From positions 57,350,001-57,414,000 of the forward strand of contig NC_073381.1 in the NCBI RefSeq assembly GCF_028641065.1: DNA of 64,000 nucleotides, in the 5' to 3' direction. The translations under genes were made by a program, and so were the position numbers. This DNA comes from Leucoraja erinacea. Lineage: Eukaryota. Positions 1-13,700 of the stretch are shown piece by piece; position 1 is the first letter of the stretch; each line of letters begins with the position of its first letter. Under the pieces are notes generated by a model, which did no database searches, was not told where the DNA came from, and saw nothing but the letters and a program-made list of their open reading frames with translations.

Positions 1-779
1 CTTTCAGAATTATTCCTGGAGAGTTGTGGGTTTGCTGTTTGAATAAGCAGATAATAGAGAAAGGACTGTCAACTGAAAATCCTTAATTGACCACAATCAT
101 TCTAAACCACAAAGGAGTGGCAGGTCTAATAATCAAACAAAAGGTTACCAATGGAGAAGATAAATTTCCTGCAGCAAGTCACTCAGCTACAGACATCGCA
201 ATGCCTTTCTACCATCTACAAGACATAAGTCAGGAGTGGGATGGAATACACTCAACTTGCCTTGATGAGTAATTATAAAGAATTCCAATAATTTTTAAAG
301 TTATACACCTGATCTGGACACTGCCTGTAATCTTTGTTGCTTCCAATTATCCTATAACTGAGCAGGATTTAAAGAGCCCATAGTTATTCATAGGACAGAC
401 TACATGGGGATTACAAGTTTCCTCTCTTCAAGGACATCAGTGAACTAGTTTGGTTTTCCAACAAACTGATGGTAATTTTGTGAATTGGCATCTAAGTGAG
501 CTGCCCGCTAGCACACACCTCCAGCTTTAAGACACAGCAATTGTTTTCTGGCTTTGACCAATATGGCAAGTAGCCATGCACCATGATGAATGACTGGTGG
601 CTTCATGCTAAAAGCTCGGAATTCTAACCAAAAGCCGCCATGCTACTTGACGTCTATGTTCTTTAAAAGGATCATTAAAACCGAGTTAAACAAATTATTT
701 GGTTATTATCCTAGTATTTATTTTTGTGCCCTAATATCAGATTCTGTTAGATAATGATCTTTGGGATATTTTACTGTTA

Positions 780-930
780 AGGGCCTGACCCATTTACGAG
801 ATTTTTTGGTGACTTGCTGGCACCCGTCATAGTCGCAGCGGGCTGCTGAAAATTTTCAACATGTTGAAAAGCCCGCGGCGACCAGAAAAAGGTACGACTC
901 TTTAGGCGACTGCTGACCACCAAACATGTC
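780..930. mobile_element. Half copy of the Harbinger-type MITE found at 6526-6866
   Basis: gggcctgacccattt...ttttcaacatgttgaaaa...gcggcgaccagaa matches one arm of that element. Confidence 0.7.
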
Positions 931-934
931 AAAG

Positions 935-1040
935 CTCCGGACTGTCAAAGCTGCCACAGCCAGACATAAAAACAGTTTTATTTCCATGAGTAGTAGCTCT
1001 ACTCAATAACCAAAAGTCTCTAGCCTCCTTTTGCCAATAA
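935..1040 (+). mobile_element. Rex1/Babar-like LINE 3' fragment
   Basis: Degenerate R..K..T.RHKNSF..P....LLN-type C-terminal motif. Confidence 0.45.
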
Positions 1041-1179
1041 ACTTAAACTTATTCAACTTATTCAAGCCCATTTGCCCAGAAATTGTCATTGATATCAAAT
1101 TGAGAAGGACTTGAATATGTCAGACAATTAATTCTTACATGCATAATTTCTAAAGGTTTATCAGTCATTTCCTTTGCAG

Positions 1180-1230
1180 AAATTAAAAAAGAAAAGCAGA
1201 GAAAACCTTCAACCAAACCAGAGGAGAAAG
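1180..1230 (+). CDS. TRDN: 51-nt exon EIKKEKQRKPSTKPEEK
   Basis: tttcctttgcag|...AAAG|gtaatt. Confidence 0.75.
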
Positions 1231-1761
1231 GTAATTAGGTTTATTTTGCAAATGTGGAGAGAAAATTCCTAAATTTCAAGTTTATGAACAAATGGATCTG
1301 TTGGGCAGGTGAAGACCAGTTGCTGCATGAAGCCTGTCCTATACCTCTGTAAGATCAGATAATAACAACAAATTGCTTATTTTTTCTTTTTTTGATCAAC
1401 GTTCCTAAACTTTAATTCCCTCCACCACCCATTTTAATTTAGTTTATTGTCACGTAAACCAAGGTACAAAGAAAAGCTTTTGTTGCGTGCTGAGCATTCA
1501 GTGAAAAGACAATACATGATTACAATTGAGCAATCCAGTGTACAGATACATGATAAAGAGAATAACATAAATAATGTTAATGCAAGATAAAGTCGAGTAA
1601 AGTCCGATCAAAGACAGTTTGAGGGTCTCCTATGAACTAGACATAAAGGTACAACAATTTACCTATTTACGAACATGACGTTGAAAAGTCTCTGTGGCAG
1701 CAGCTTGGAGTCACTGCCACTATTGTTACAAATGTAAGCTCAACCCCCCCCCCACACTCCC

Positions 1762-1797
<36 letters not shown>

Positions 1798-4700
1798 ACC
1801 CCCCGCCAGTGATGTGATTGACACAGGGGTCTGGACCAATTGCTGACAAGCGCTCAGACAAATCCCGTCCCCGGAGACATCATGTCGGTTCGGTGGCTTT
1901 TCGACGCCATGTCCGTTCGGCGGCATTTCGACATCATGTCCGTTCTGCGTCTTGTCGTTTTGGCGCGGTGTCCATTCGGCTTCATATCCTTTTGGCCTAG
2001 TGTCCGGTCAGTATCTTTGCTTTAAGGCATGATGATCTTTCGACATCTTGGCTTCCACTTCTTGGCTTCGGCTTCTCGTCCTTTAACGTCCTGCCTGCAC
2101 ACGAGAGTTTCTATACATTCTCACTGCATAATTTAATATTTTTCAGTTATTTTCAATACATATTTGATTTTGTTCATGCCTATTTGCCTTGAAAATATAA
2201 TTGGTCAAATCAAGATGAATTTCAATATTGTTGGGCAAATAATTGTTTTATGTATAAGTTCAAAAATTTTACTGGCCATTTTCTTTGTAGAAATTAAAGA
2301 AGAAAAGCAGATAAAACCTTCAACCAAACCAAAGGAGAAAGGTAATTAAGTCTATTTTGCAAATGTGGACAGAAGATTCCTAAATTTCAAGTTTATGAAC
2401 AGGTGGAGCTGTTGGGCAGAAAAAGACCAGTTGCTAAATGAAGCCTGCCCTACACTGTGAGACCAGAATATCATAATACATTGCTTTTCTTTCTGGGCCA
2501 ACCAGCCAGCCATGTTTCCAGGAACCTGTGGAAAAAGAAGAGTTGCTTTGTATTCTACTTATTCCTCTGCTTATTTGGTTTAAATTTCTGGCTGCAGTTC
2601 CTCCTTAGTACATTAATTGGAATAATCTATCAATACAACTGTTATCATGGTCATTCAAGTCTGGCAACTTGCAGGAGAAATGTAGCAAGGACAACTCCTC
2701 AGCTATTCCATAGAGCTGCATTTTACCCCTCATCCTGATTCCAATTCCCTGTTCTTCGTCTGCTTGCATATGGCGTGCACAGCCTAAAGTTGTCGGACAA
2801 CTTGTTCTATTTGATCTTATTTGATTGCGCACGCCGGGTTGATTGCATTTGTCGAAACAGGGTGGACCACGTGAAGGTTGCAATCTCCCACCCCAATTCC
2901 TTGTTGAGAGCCTTGATTAAATCTGTCTCTACCACCTTGTCAGACAATGCATTCCCATATCCAAAATACTTTTGCTCCCAATAACCCTAATATCCTTAAA
3001 TGTTTGATCTTTGATACTTGACTTCCCACAATAGTAACAATACCTCTCTATCTATCTGACCAGACCCTCCTAAATTCTGAACAGCTTTATCATATGTTCT
3101 CCTATTCTCCAGACCAGCAAAACCAGTTTCTCAGACTTTCCCAAAAGTTTTTCATCACCAGAAACGTGCTCCTTGCCACTCCGCCCCACCCCAAATCTTC
3201 CATCGACTTAAGGTCATGGTGGCCAGATCTGGACACAACACTCGAGATGTATCGAGTATGGTGATTTACAAAGTTGAAGATTGCATATCTTCTTCATTTT
3301 TGCATTTCATGCCCCTGCTTGTGAAAGTCAGAATATTGTGGGTTTATAAAGTATAAAGTATTTCCTCTTTCTGTCCTGACACCTTTAAAATCTATCCACA
3401 AATGCACCCAAATCTCCACCTTCTTCAAGATATGTCAGAAGTGGGATGGAATACACTCCACTTGCTTTGATGGGTACTGTCAAGATGCTTGGAACCATCC
3501 AGAGCAAAGCAGCCTGTTACATTGGCATCTGTACAAAGTCCCTAAACTTTCATTCCCTCTACCTCTAATACATGGATTCTGTACATGAATGTAACCGTTT
3601 CTTTCCTCAAGGAAAAAGTGAAACAAAACTACAGTTATGTGAGGGGCCTTCACTCAAAACTACTTTCATTGCCCTGTACAAAAGGAATGAAACCCTTTAC
3701 AACGGATACTGTATATTTATACAAACACCGAAAGGTGTTCAATCCAGTTCAGGGGAAAAAAAGTCTTGTTAATGAAGTTCTTGGTCAGTTCTGGACTATG
3801 AGATGAAACCTCTCTACTGAACATTGCTTGGAAATAGATTCTGTCAGATAATGATCTCTGGGATATTTTGCTATTAGTGGTGCAATCTTCAAGTGCAAAT
3901 TATCTATATGGTTCAGAAAAATCTATGACAGGTTAGAGTTTCCACACATTCTCATTGCAATGTTTAATATTTTTGTATTTTGCTAATCATGTTTCACTTT
4001 TGTTCAGGCCTAATAGCCCTGAAAATGTCATTGATATCAAATTAAGAAGGTCTTCAATATATGTCAGACAAATAATTCTTACATGCAAAATTTCTGAAAG
4101 TTTACCATCCATTTTCTTTGCAGAAATTAAAGAAGAAAAGCAGAGAAAACCTGCAACCGATCCAAAGGAGAAAGGTAATTAGGTTTATTTTGCAAATGTG
4201 GATGGATGATGCCTAAATTTCATGTTTATAAACAGGTGGAGCTGTTGGGCAGAAAAAGACCAGCTGCTAAATGAAGCCTGCCCTACACTGTGAGACCAGA
4301 AAATAAATTGCTGCTTCTTTCTTGGCCAACCAGCCAGCCATGTGCCCAGGAACACATCGAAAAAGAAGAGTTGCTTCGTATTCCATTTATTCCTCTGCTT
4401 ATTTGATTTAGGTTTCTGGCTACAGTTCCTCCTTAGTACATTAACTAGAATCAATGGAACTGTTTTCATGGTCATTCAAGTCTGGCAACCTGCTAGAGAA
4501 ATGCAGCGAGTACAACACTGATCAATATTTTTCTATTTTGCTACTCGCGTTTCACATATTGTTCAAGCCTAATTGTGCTGAAAATGTAATTGATATCAAA
4601 ATACGAAGGACATTAATATTGTCAGACAAATAATTCTCACATGCCTAATTTCTAAAAGTTTATGAATTATTTTCTTTGTAGAAATCAAAATAGAAAAGCA

Positions 4701-7700
4701 GAGAAAACCTTCACTCAAACCAAAGGAGAAAGGTAATTAGGTTTATTTTGCAAATTTGTGTAGAAAATTCCTAATTTTCAAAGTTATGAACAAGTGGACT
4801 GGTTGGGCAGGAAAAGACTAGAAAGGCGGCCCTATCCTCAAGACCAAAAATTCATAATAAATTGCTTATTTTTTCTTGGCCAAACAGCCTGCTATGTGTC
4901 CAGGAACATGTGGACATAGAATAGTTGCTTCATATTCAATTTATTCCTCTGCTTATTTCGTTTAAGTTTTTGTATATAGTACCTCCTTAGTACATTGGGT
5001 CAGGTCGAGGGGAGTTCCCCCCACCACGGGTACCAAGTAATCCCGTGCTACCTGCTCCATGGTCGAATAGTCGGCGACTAAACCGTCTCCCCCACCTGGT
5101 TTGCCAGGTGAGGAGGGGGCTGTGGACCCAAAGCAGGACCAAAAATAAGACCTGTCAAAGGGCGGATGAGCTCCTAGTGAGCCAACGGCCATCCACACTT
5201 CAGTTGAAGTTGCGATCACTTGGTCCCCATTCATTAACTATTTGAGGGCATAGATTGGCCCAGCACGGAAACCCAACTGAAGCTTGAACTCAGGATTAGA
5301 TGACAAGTTATACTTTATAATCTGGGAACCTATCTCCAATGACGTATTATTAGTAATTCATTCCACTTTTTTTTCTTTATTGACTTTTGTAATTCTTTTT
5401 TTTCTTTCTCTCTCTTTCTATCTATATTTATTTAAAAAACTAAAGCGGAATCGATCTACAATTAAACATTTTAATAATGTATGATTGATGTACATGAAAA
5501 GTTTTTTACTATAACATGTAACTATACATTACCATAACATGTTTGCTTCTAATAAAAATATTAAAAAGAAAAAAAAAAAAAGTTGCGATCACTGTCGTAT
5601 ATAGCATTGTAAGGCACTGTGCCCATTGATGGTTTCAACAATGATGATGATGATGATGATGATGATGGTGTTAACTAGAATAATCCATCAATAGAACATT
5701 ATCATGGTCATTCAAGGGTGGCAACCTGCAGGAGAAACTCCTCAGCTATTCCATAGAATTACAGTTCACTTCCCTCAAATCCTGATTCCAAATCCCTTAT
5801 GAGAGCCTTGATTAAATCTGCATCTACCACCTTATCAGGCAATGCATTCCCATATCCCCACTCACTGTGTGAATAAAATACTTTTGCACGCATCACCTTT
5901 TCTCAAACCTTAAATTTGTGACCTTTGATTCTCTACCTTCCACTATGGGAAACATTTATTTCTATCTATGTTGTCCAGATCATCCTTTATTCTGAATAAA
6001 TATTCAAATCTCCCAATCTTCTGAACAGTAATATCGCTACCCCCAATTTTCCTGAAAGAATTGTAAGAAACCTAATTGCCCTGAAAATGACATTGATATC
6101 AAATTAAGATGTACTTTAATATTGTCCACACTTCAGTTGAAAATGCATTTCGTTGTCTCTGTACTGTACACTGACAATGACAATTAAAATTGAATCTGAA
6201 TCTGAATCTGAATTGTCAGACAAATAGTTCTTACATGTATATTTTCTATGGTTAACAACCATTTTCCTTGTAGAAATTAAGAAGGAGAGAAAACTTTCAA
6301 CCAAATTAAAGGAGAAAGGTAATTCATTTTTCTTGCACATATGGGTAGAAAAGTTCTGAATTTTAAGTTTATGAACAAGTGGAGCAGTTGGGCAGGAAAA
6401 TTACCAGCTGCCATTTAAAACCTGGCCTATACCGAGATAAGAATGTCAGAATAAAATGCTTCATTTTTCTTAGCCTACTGGCGAGCCATGTCTCCAGGAA
6501 CACATGGAAAAAGAAGAGTCGCTTATGGGCCTGTCCCACTTACGCAACTTTTATGGCGACTGTCGGCACCCGTCATAGGTAGTTGCAGGTCGCCGAAAAT
6601 TTGCAACATGTTGAAAATCTAGCGGCGACCAGAAAGACGCTATGACTCTTTGGGTGATTGAGGAGACTACTCACGACCATATAGGCGACACCCCGGCAAC
6701 ATGTCGCGGGGTGAAATCTGTATGGTCGTGAGTAGTTGTCCAAAGAGTCGTACCTTGTTCTGGTCACCGCTGGATTTTCAACATGTTGAACATTTTCTGC
6801 GACCTGCAACAACCTATGACGGGTGCCGGCAGTCGCCGAAAAAGTTGCGTAAGTGGGACAGGCCTATTAGAATTCCATTCATTCTCTGCTTATGAGGTCT
6901 TGGTTTCTGCTTACAGTTCCTCTTTAGTACCTTAACTAGAATAATCTATCAATAGATATTGTGGTCATTCAACTCTATGTTAGCAACCTGCAGGAGAAAT
7001 GCAACTAGTCCAAATCTGCAACTATTCTTGACCACTGAAGTTTACTTGTAATTGCAATTCCCTTATGAAGGCCTCAAACAAATATACCTCAACCACCTTG
7101 TCGGGCAATACATTCCTATATAGAAACATAGAAACATAGAAACATAGAAATTAGGTGCAGGAGCAGGCCATTCGGCCCTTCGAGCCTGCACCGCCATTCA
7201 ATATGATCATGGCTGATCATCCAACTCAGTATCCTGTACCTGCCTTCTCTCCATACCCCTTGATCCCCTTAGCCACAAGGGCCACATCTAACTCCCTCTT
7301 AAATATAGTCAATGAACTGGCCTTAACTACCCTCTGTGGCAGAGAGTTCCAGAGATTCACCACTCTCTGTGTGAAAAAAGTTCTTCTCATCTCGGTTTTA
7401 AAGGATTTCCCCCTTATCCTTAAGCTGTGACCCCTTGTCCTGGACTTCCCTAACATCGGGAACAATCTTCCTGCATCTAGCCTGTCAAACCCCTTAAGAA
7501 TTTTGTAAGTTTCTATAAGATCCCCTCTCAATCTTCTAAATTCTAGAGAGTATAAACCAAGTCTATCCAGTCTTTCTTCATAAGACAGTCCTGACATCCC
7601 AGGAATCAGTCTGGTGAATCGTCTCTGCACTCCCTCTATGGCAATAATGTCCTTCCTCAGATTTGGAGACCAAAACTGTACGCAATACTCCAGGTGTGGT

Positions 7701-10700
7701 CTCACCAAGACCCTGTACAACTGCAGTAGATGCTCCTATACTCAAATCCTTTTGCAATGAAAGCTAACATACCATTCGCTTTCTTTAGTGCCTGCTGCAC
7801 CTGCATGCCTACCTTCAATGACTGGTGTACCATGACACCCAGGTCTCGCTGCATCTCCCCCTTTCCCAATCGGCCACCATTTAGATAATAGTCTGCTTTC
7901 CCGTTTTTGCCACCAAAATGGATAACCTCACATTTATCCACATTATACTGCATCTCCCAAACATTTGCCCACTCACCCAGCCTATCCAAGTCACCTTGTA
8001 GTCTCCTAGCATCCTCCTCACAGCTAACACTGCCCCCCAGCTTAGTGTCATCCGCAAACTTGGAGATGTTGCCTTCAATTCCCTCATCCAGATCATTAAT
8101 ATATATTGTAAATAGCTGGGGTCCCAGTACTGAGCCTTGGGGTACCCCACTAGTCACTGCCTGCCATTGTGAGAAGGACCCGTTTACTCCTACTCTTTGC
8201 TTCCTGTTTGCCAGCCAGTTCTCTATCCACATCAATACTGAACCCCCAATGCCTTGTGCTTTAAGTTTGTATACTAATCTCTTATGTGGGACCTTGTCGA
8301 AAGCCTTCTGGAAGTCCAGATACACCACATCCACTGGTTCTCCCCTATCCACGTTACTAGTTACATCCTCGAAAAATTCTATAAGATTCGTCAGACATGA
8401 TTTACCTTTCGTAAATCCATGCTGACTTTGTCCCATGATTTCACCACTTTCCAAATGTGCTGCTATCCCATCTTTAATAACTGACTCTAGCAGTTTCCCC
8501 ACTACCGATGTTAGACTAACTGGTCTGTAATTCCCCATTTTCTCTCTCCCTCCCTTCTTAAAAAGTGGGGTTACGTTTGCTACCCACCAATCTTCAGGAA
8601 CTACTCCAGAATCTAAAGAGTTTTGAAAGATTATTACTAATGCATCCACTATTTCTGGAGCTACTTCCTTAAGTACTCTGGGATGCAGCCTATCTGGCCC
8701 TGGGGATTTATCGGCCTTTAATCCATTCAATTTACCCAACACCACTTCCCGGCTAACCTGGATTTCACTCAATTCCTCCAACTCCTTTGACCCGCGGTCC
8801 CCTGCTATTTCCGGCAAATTATTTATGTCTTCCTTAGTGAAGACGGAACCAAAGTAGTTATTCAATTGGTCCGCCATATCCTTGTTCCCCATGATCAACT
8901 CACCTGTTTCTGACTGCAAGGGACCTACATTTGTTTTAACTAATCTCTTTCTTTTCACATATCTATAAAACCTTTTGCAGTCAGTTTTTATGTTCCCTGC
9001 CAGTTTTCTTTCATAATCTATTTTTCCTTTCCTAATTAAGCCCTTTGTCCTCCTCTGCTGGTCTTTGAATTTCTCCCAGTCCTCCGGTATGCTGCTTTTT
9101 CTGGCTAATTTGTACGCATCATCCTTCGCTTTGATACTATCCCTGATTTCCCTTGTTATCCATGGATGTACTACCTTCCCTGATTTATTCTTTTGCCAAA
9201 CTGGGATGAACAATTTTTGTAGTTCATCCATGCAGTCTTTAAATGTCTTCCATTGCATATCCTCCGTCAACCCTTTTAGAAACATGGAAATTAGGTGCAG
9301 GAGTAGGCCATTCGGCCCTTCGAGCCTGCACCGCCTCTTTTAGAATGAATTGCCAGTCAATCTTGGCCAATTCACGTCTCATACCCTCAAAGTTACCTTT
9401 CTTTAAGTTCAGAACCATTGTTTCTGAATTAACAATGTCACTCTCCATCCTAATGAAGAACTCAACCATATTATGGTCACTCTTGCCCAAGGGGGCACGT
9501 ACAACAAGATTGCTAACTAACCCTTCCTCATTACTCAATACCCAGTCTAAAATAGCCTGCTCTCTCGTTGGTTCCTCTACATGTTGATTTAGATAACTAT
9601 CCCGCATACATTCCAAGAAATCCTCTTCCTCAGCACCCCTGCCAATTTGATTCACCCAATCTATATGTAGATTGAAGTCACCCATTATAACTGTTTTGCC
9701 TTTGTCGCACGCATTTCTAATTTCCTGTTTGATACCATCTCCAACTTCACTACTACTGTTAGGTGGCCTGTACACAACACCCACCAGCGTTTTCTGCCCC
9801 TTAGTGTTTTGCAGCTCTACCCATACCGATTCCGCATCCTCCAAACTAATGTCCTTCCTTTCCATTGCATTAATCCCCTCTCTAATCAGTAACGCTACCC
9901 CACCTCCTTTACCTTTCTGTCTATCCCTCCTGAATATTGAATATCCCTGGATGTTCAGCTCCCAGCCTTGGTCACCCTGGAGCCATGTCTCTGTGATCCC
10001 AACTATTTCATAGTCATTAATATCTATCTAAGTTCTTGATCTCTATTAAGAAGGACAAGAGGTATATCACCTATCCCACATTATATTTAATTTGCCCACC
10101 ATCTCAACCCCTCTATATCCAGTTGCAGAATTACAATATTCTCATCATAACCCCTTCCACCTCCGTGAGTGTCGTAGGTGTCATGGAGGAGCTGAAGGGC
10201 TTTGACAGTTGATGGCATGACTCCAATGGTGCAGTTATTAAAACTGAGGTTGCTTAAAAAACTAGAAATTCTGAAGTTGAAAGTTAGCAAAAGTTGAACA
10301 GGAAGAGCATAAAGATTTCGGGAGGGACACTGTTTTGAAATGTTTTCATTAACAGAATTCCAATAATTTTTAACAGTTATTCAAAGTCTGGATAATGCCT
10401 GTATTATTGTTGCTTCCAATTATCCTATATCTGAGACGGTTTTAAAGAGCCTGGAATTATTTATAGGGTAGACTGCATGAGGATTGCAGGTTTCTTCTCC
10501 TGAAGGACATCAGTGAACCATTTGAGTTTTACAACAAACGGATGGTAATTCTATGGTTACTGAGATTACTCACTTAGTTTCAGCTTTGGATTTGTCTTTC
10601 TGAATCAGGACTATGACAGCTACGTGAACTGCTGCACTAGCATATACCTCCAGCTTGAAGTTTGTTTAAAACACAGGCCATTGTTGTCTGCCTTTAACCA

Positions 10701-13700
10701 ATATGGCAGGCAGAACATTTGTGTGTGCAGTTGTCATGCACCATGATGAATGCCTGGGGAACTCGTACTCTAAGCTCTGGTATTCTATACATAAGCCTGG
10801 ATGCCACTCAACCTCTATGTTCTTTAAAATTATAATTATTTATCCAAGTATTTATTTTTGTGTCTTGCTATCAGAATCTGTCAGATAATGATCTCTGAGA
10901 TATTTTACTGTTGTGGTGCAGTCTTCTAGTGCAACTTCTTCAGAACACTTTGAACTTTAGAGGTTAACTTTCTATACATTGCATTGTTTAATATTTTCAA
11001 TTTTGCTAATTGTGTTTCACTTTTGTTGAGGCCTAATAGCCCTGAAAATGTCAATGATATCAAATTAAGAAGGCTTTAATATTGTCAGACAAATAATTCT
11101 TGCATGCATAATTTCTAAAAGTTTACCAACCATTTTCTTTGCAGAAATTAAAATAGGAAAGCAGAGAAAACCTTCAACCAAACCAAAGGAGAAAGGTAAT
11201 TAGGTTTATTTTGCAATTGTGGATAGAAATGTCCTACATTTCAAGTTTATCAGCATGTGGAGCTGTTGGGCAGAAAAAGACCAATAGCTAAATGAAGCCT
11301 GCCCTACACTGTGAGAACAGAAAATCATAATAATTTGCTTCTTTTTTCTTGGCCAACCAGCTAGACATGTGTTCTGGAACACGTGGAAAAGGAACAGTTG
11401 CTTCAATTTCCACTTATTCCTCTGCTTATTAGGCTTAGGTTTCTGCTCACAGTTAGTCCTTAGTATATTAACTAGAAAAATCTCTCAGTGTAAGTATTAT
11501 CATGGTCATTCAACTCTATGTTAGCAATGTGCAGGAGAAATGCATCTAGTACAATATATTTTTCTATTTTGTTCATTATGTTTCACTTTTGTCCTGGACT
11601 TATTGCCCTGAAAAGGTAATTGATACCAAATTAAGATGGGCTTTAACATTGTCAGACAAATAATTCTCAATTGCGTAAAAGTATTATTATCATTTTCTTT
11701 GTAGAAATTAAGAAAGAAACACCGATAAAACGCTTAGCCGAACCAAAGGCAAAAGGTAATTGAGTTTATTTTGCAAATGTTGATAGACAATTACTGAATT
11801 TGGCAGAGAAGAGTTGTGCTGAATAGCCCAATACTGCTCCCAGAACTTATGAATTACAAGTTTATCAACAAGTGTTGATGGGTTGGAAAAGACCAGATGA
11901 GACATGAAGCCTGCCCTATACCAGGAGACCAGAACATCATAATATTTTTTTCGTGGCTAACCAGCCAGCCATGTGTCCAAGAAAACGTGGAAAAACAAGA
12001 GTAGCTTAGAATTCCATTAATTCCTCTGCTTACGTGTTTCTTGTACTGCTTACAGTTCCGCTTTAGTACATTGACTAGACTAATCTAGCAAAAGAACTGT
12101 TATCATGGTCATTCAAATATGTGTTAGCAGCCTGCATGAGAAATGCAACTAATCCAACTGCCTCTATTCTTGAGCACTGCAGAATACTGCATTAAAAGGT
12201 GACTCACCTCCTGACATCGCAAGACCTTTCCTCCATCTACAAGGTATGTCAGGAGTGTGATGGAAAACAATCCACTTGCCTTGATGAGTGCAGTCAAGAA
12301 GCTTGACATTATCCAGGAAAAAGCAGCTCGCTTTACTAGCTGAGACCTCTGAGTTACTCCAGCTTTTTATGTCTATCTTCGCTTTACTAGTATCTGATCA
12401 ACCTCTCAAAACATTAATTCCATCCACCACTGATTGCAAACTATTGGAATTGTGTATTGGTTTACTATTATCACATGCACCGAGAAACACTGAATAGTTT
12501 CAACGAAATTGCCCTGAAAAAGGTATTGATATCAAATTAAAATGGACTTTTAATGTTGTCAAATCATTGTCACACATATAATATCTAAATGTATATCAAC
12601 CATTTTCTTTTTAGAAATTAAAAAAGAAAAGCAGAAAAAACCTTCAATCAAACCAAAGGAGGAAGGTAAATGGGTTTATTATTATTATTAAAGAATATTC
12701 TTGAGCAGTGTAGGTTACTTCTCTCAGGTCCTGATTCCAATTCCCTTATGAAGGCCACGAAAAAAAACGACCTCCACCACTTCATCAAGCAATGCATTCC
12801 ATATCTAATCACTCACTGTGTGAATAAAACAAATTGTGCTCCCCTATTTTCTCAATTACCTTAAATTCTGCAGCTTTCCTGTAGATTTCCTACAGTTCCT
12901 GTAGATTTGTTGGTTTACCATTTGAATAAGCAAATAATGGAGATAGGACTAACAACAGAATATCCTAATATGTTTCTCTTTTCTTTAGACATAATTGCAT
13001 TGAAAATGTTATTGATATCAAATTAAGATGGACTTTTAATATTGACAGACAAATAATTGTCACATGCATAATATCTAAATGTTCACCAACCATTTTCTGT
13101 TTAGAAATTAAAAAAGAAAAGCTGAAAAAACCTTCAACCAAACCAAAGGAGAAAGGTAATTGGGTCTATTATGCAACTGTGGAACGAAAATTCCTAAATT
13201 TCAAGTTTATGAACAAGTGAAGATTATGTGTTGGAAAAAAACCAGCTGCTGCATGAAGCCTGCACTGTACCATAAAACCAGAACATCATAATATAATGCT
13301 CCTCATTCATGGCCAACCAGCCAGCCATGTGTCCAGGAACGCATGGAAAAAGAAGAGTTGCTTAGAATTCCATTCATTCCTCTGCTTACATGTTTATGGT
13401 TTCTGCTTACAGTTCCTCCTTAGTACATTAGCTAGAATAATCTAGCACAAGTACAATTATCATGATCATTTAAGTCTGTGTTTGCAGCCTGCATGAGAAA
13501 TGCAGCTAATCCAACTCGACAGCTATTCTTGAGCGCTGCTTTTCTCAGGTCTTGATTCCAATTTCCTTATGAAGGCCACAAACATATCTACATCTATCAC
13601 CTTGTCAAGCAATGCATTCCCATATCCAATCAGTCACTGTGTAAATAAAATACTTTTTCTCCCCTCTTTCTCATTTACCTTAAATTCTGTAGATTTCCTC

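Noticed and set aside
1667-1926. Poly-Gly ORFs
   Set aside because: Produced by the poly-C homopolymer, whose length may also be unreliable.
7226-9865. RT ORFs as a retron, DGR or host gene next to a repeat array
   Set aside because: These are standard frameshifted CR1 ORF2 sequences with CR1 tails, present in many copies. There is no template/variable repeat relationship or adenine-specific variation.
7881-10013. Antisense and alternate-frame ORFs over CR1 (also at 31-35, 45, 50 and 57 kb)
   Set aside because: Shadow ORFs of retroelement coding sequence.
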